From Bacteroidales bacterium (GTDB lineage Bacteria; Bacteroidota; Bacteroidia; Bacteroidales; UBA3824), in the NCBI GenBank assembly GCA_045597465.1, contig JAZLKG010000008.1, forward strand, positions 15,859 to 79,858: DNA of 64,000 nt. The letters run 5' to 3'. Both the position numbers and the translations under genes were made by a program. The notes beneath the pieces were generated by a model that was given only the letters and a program-made list of their open reading frames with translations, was not told where the DNA came from and did not search any database. Below, one piece after another: positions 62,845-64,000 of this stretch; position 1 is the stretch's first letter; each line of letters starts with the position of its first letter.

Positions 62845-64000
62845 TTGAAACTTCTTCACACTGCCGACTGGCACATTGGGAAAACTCTTGCGGGGTATGA
62901 CAGGACCGCTGAGTTTGAGGCTTTTTTCGGGCGCCTTGTTGAGACGTTGGGTTCCGAAAAGCCTGATATTCTTATTGTTGCGGGCGATGTTTTCGATACT
63001 GCCACGCCGAGCAATGCAGTGGCAAATATGTATTACAATCTTATAAATACTCTGCACGCCAAGTTTCCGGCGCTCCATATCGTGATTACCTCGGGCAACC
63101 ACGACTCGCCCTCGTATCTGAATGCGCCGAGGGAGATTCTGAAGTTTTTTGGAGCTGATGTGGTCGGCTCGGTGGTAAGGAGCGACGGCAATGTGGATTT
63201 CTCGAAAATGGTTTACGATTTCGGAAACGCCATTGTATGCGCCGTGCCTTATCTGCGCCGTGGCGATATCGTGGCCCTTGGCGGAGAGAATCCTTCCATT
63301 GCGGATTTCTACCGCGGTGTTTTGGATTATGCGCTCAGTATCAGGGCCGACAGGAATATTCCGATTATCGGAACAGGTCACCTGACCACCATTGGCGCTA
63401 CCTACAACAAGACTTCCGAAGTATCAATCTCGGCCACCCGTGACGATTCTGTGGGCGGTCTCGAAAATATTGATCCTCAGGAATTTCCTGATGAATTCTC
63501 ATATATTGCGCTCGGTCATATACACAAGCCTCAGAAGGCAGGCGACAGGGACAATATCAGATATTCAGGCTCGCCGATTCCGTTCTCGTTTTCCGAGAAG
63601 GATTACAGGCATTCGTTCTCGGTGGTGGAATTCAGCGGAAAGGTTGTCACCGACTTGCGGTTCGTGGAACTTCCTCACATTGTGAAACTTAGATACGTTC
63701 CCGAGAAGGTTTCGGATTTCGAGACCGTGAAAAAGGCGCTCTCCGAATTGCCCGACGACGAGGAGATGTTCGTGGAGGTAAATCTGGAATACGCTTACCG
63801 AAACGCCGAGAACAAGTCCCAGATTATCAACGAGGTACTCAAGGACAAGAAGGTCCGTTTCTGTGGATTCCGACTGATTGACAGCAACAACAATAATCTG
63901 AGCAGTCAGGAATCCAACAAAATACTATCAGTGGAGCAGTTGCAGGCTGTAGATCCAATGGACATAGTTTCAGATATTTACAAATCGAAACTCCACACCG
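62845..64000 (+). CDS. sbcD: exonuclease SbcCD nuclease subunit D (3' end runs off the window)
   Basis: Not in the ORF track because there is no stop inside the window. My own translation from the TTG at 62845 gives (M)KLLHTADWHIGKTL...PDILIVAGDVFDTATP...VITSGNHDSP...IALGHIHKPQ, the calcineurin-like Mre11/SbcD motifs. An in-frame stop at 62815-62817 bounds the start. A TTG at 62839 is an alternative start. Confidence 0.85.
   Translation, partial: MKLLHTADWHIGKTLAGYDRTAEFEAFFGRLVETLGSEKPDILIVAGDVFDTATPSNAVANMYYNLINTLHAKFPALHIVITSGNHDSPSYLNAPREILKFFGADVVGSVVRSDGNVDFSKMVYDFGNAIVCAVPYLRRGDIVALGGENPSIADFYRGVLDYALSIRADRNIPIIGTGHLTTIGATYNKTSEVSISATRDDSVGGLENIDPQEFPDEFSYIALGHIHKPQKAGDRDNIRYSGSPIPFSFSEKDYRHSFSVVEFSGKVVTDLRFVELPHIVKLRYVPEKVSDFETVKKALSELPDDEEMFVEVNLEYAYRNAENKSQIINEVLKDKKVRFCGFRLIDSNNNNLSSQESNKILSVEQLQAVDPMDIVSDIYKSKLHT

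Noticed and set aside
48087-64000. A single inversion or insertion as an explanation for the separation of sbcC and sbcD.
   Set aside because: The two genes are divergent, start facing start. Inverting any one segment gives either sbcC-then-sbcD order or leaves them apart. No simple rearrangement restores the canonical sbcD-sbcC operon.

Overview
This 64-kb window looks like chromosomal DNA from a Bacteroidota (Bacteroidales-like) genome. Three things support that placement: recurrent TAnnTTTG -7 boxes 20-90 nt upstream of starts, lipoproteins with acidic residues just after the lipidated Cys, and gene content (DUF6089, DUF5606, histone-H1-like, OmpH and Rpn/PDDEXK proteins). I support 49 protein-coding genes, one of them a 27-codon leader peptide. 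I saw no rRNA, tRNA, CRISPR array, integrase or transposase. Housekeeping blocks are dxs, accD, the rimP-nusA-infB operon, a peptidoglycan cluster (mtgA, an SLT lytic transglycosylase, a DUF1460 protein), fba, rlmH, hisG-hisD-hisC, nadK, nudC, an MsbA-like ABC exporter and a GH94 phosphorylase. Accessory or poorly understood content includes: an RRM RNA-binding protein with a roughly 200-aa N/G/Y/Q/R low-complexity tail; an orphan methyl-accepting chemotaxis protein; a radical-SAM/SPASM plus GT2 pair; two orphan PF01637/DUF234-type ATPases with highly structured upstream regions; a module of two BspA-like LRR lipoproteins around a zinc-ribbon membrane protein; a histidine-kinase-like protein whose phospho-acceptor His is replaced by Asp; a DUF3467, tandem SiaB-like, SiaC-like (DUF1987) cluster upstream of nadK; an SbcC separated by 11 kb from a divergently oriented sbcD; and two tandem PD-(D/E)XK Rpn-type nuclease genes. 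The signal not explained by gene calls that I consider most interesting is a family of three AT-rich imperfect palindromic intergenic elements of about 100-185 nt. They have TTATCYGRAAAT ... ATTTTYRGATAA termini and arms built from 9-10-nt RRAAAGAAT units. Each is bracketed by GC-hairpin/T-run and A-run/GC-hairpin modules, and each is oriented with the flanking transcription direction. Two copies lie inside the his operon region. One of those sits directly after a classical-looking histidine leader peptide (7 consecutive His codons) with its terminator. All functional calls come from motif recognition by eye and nothing was searched against databases.
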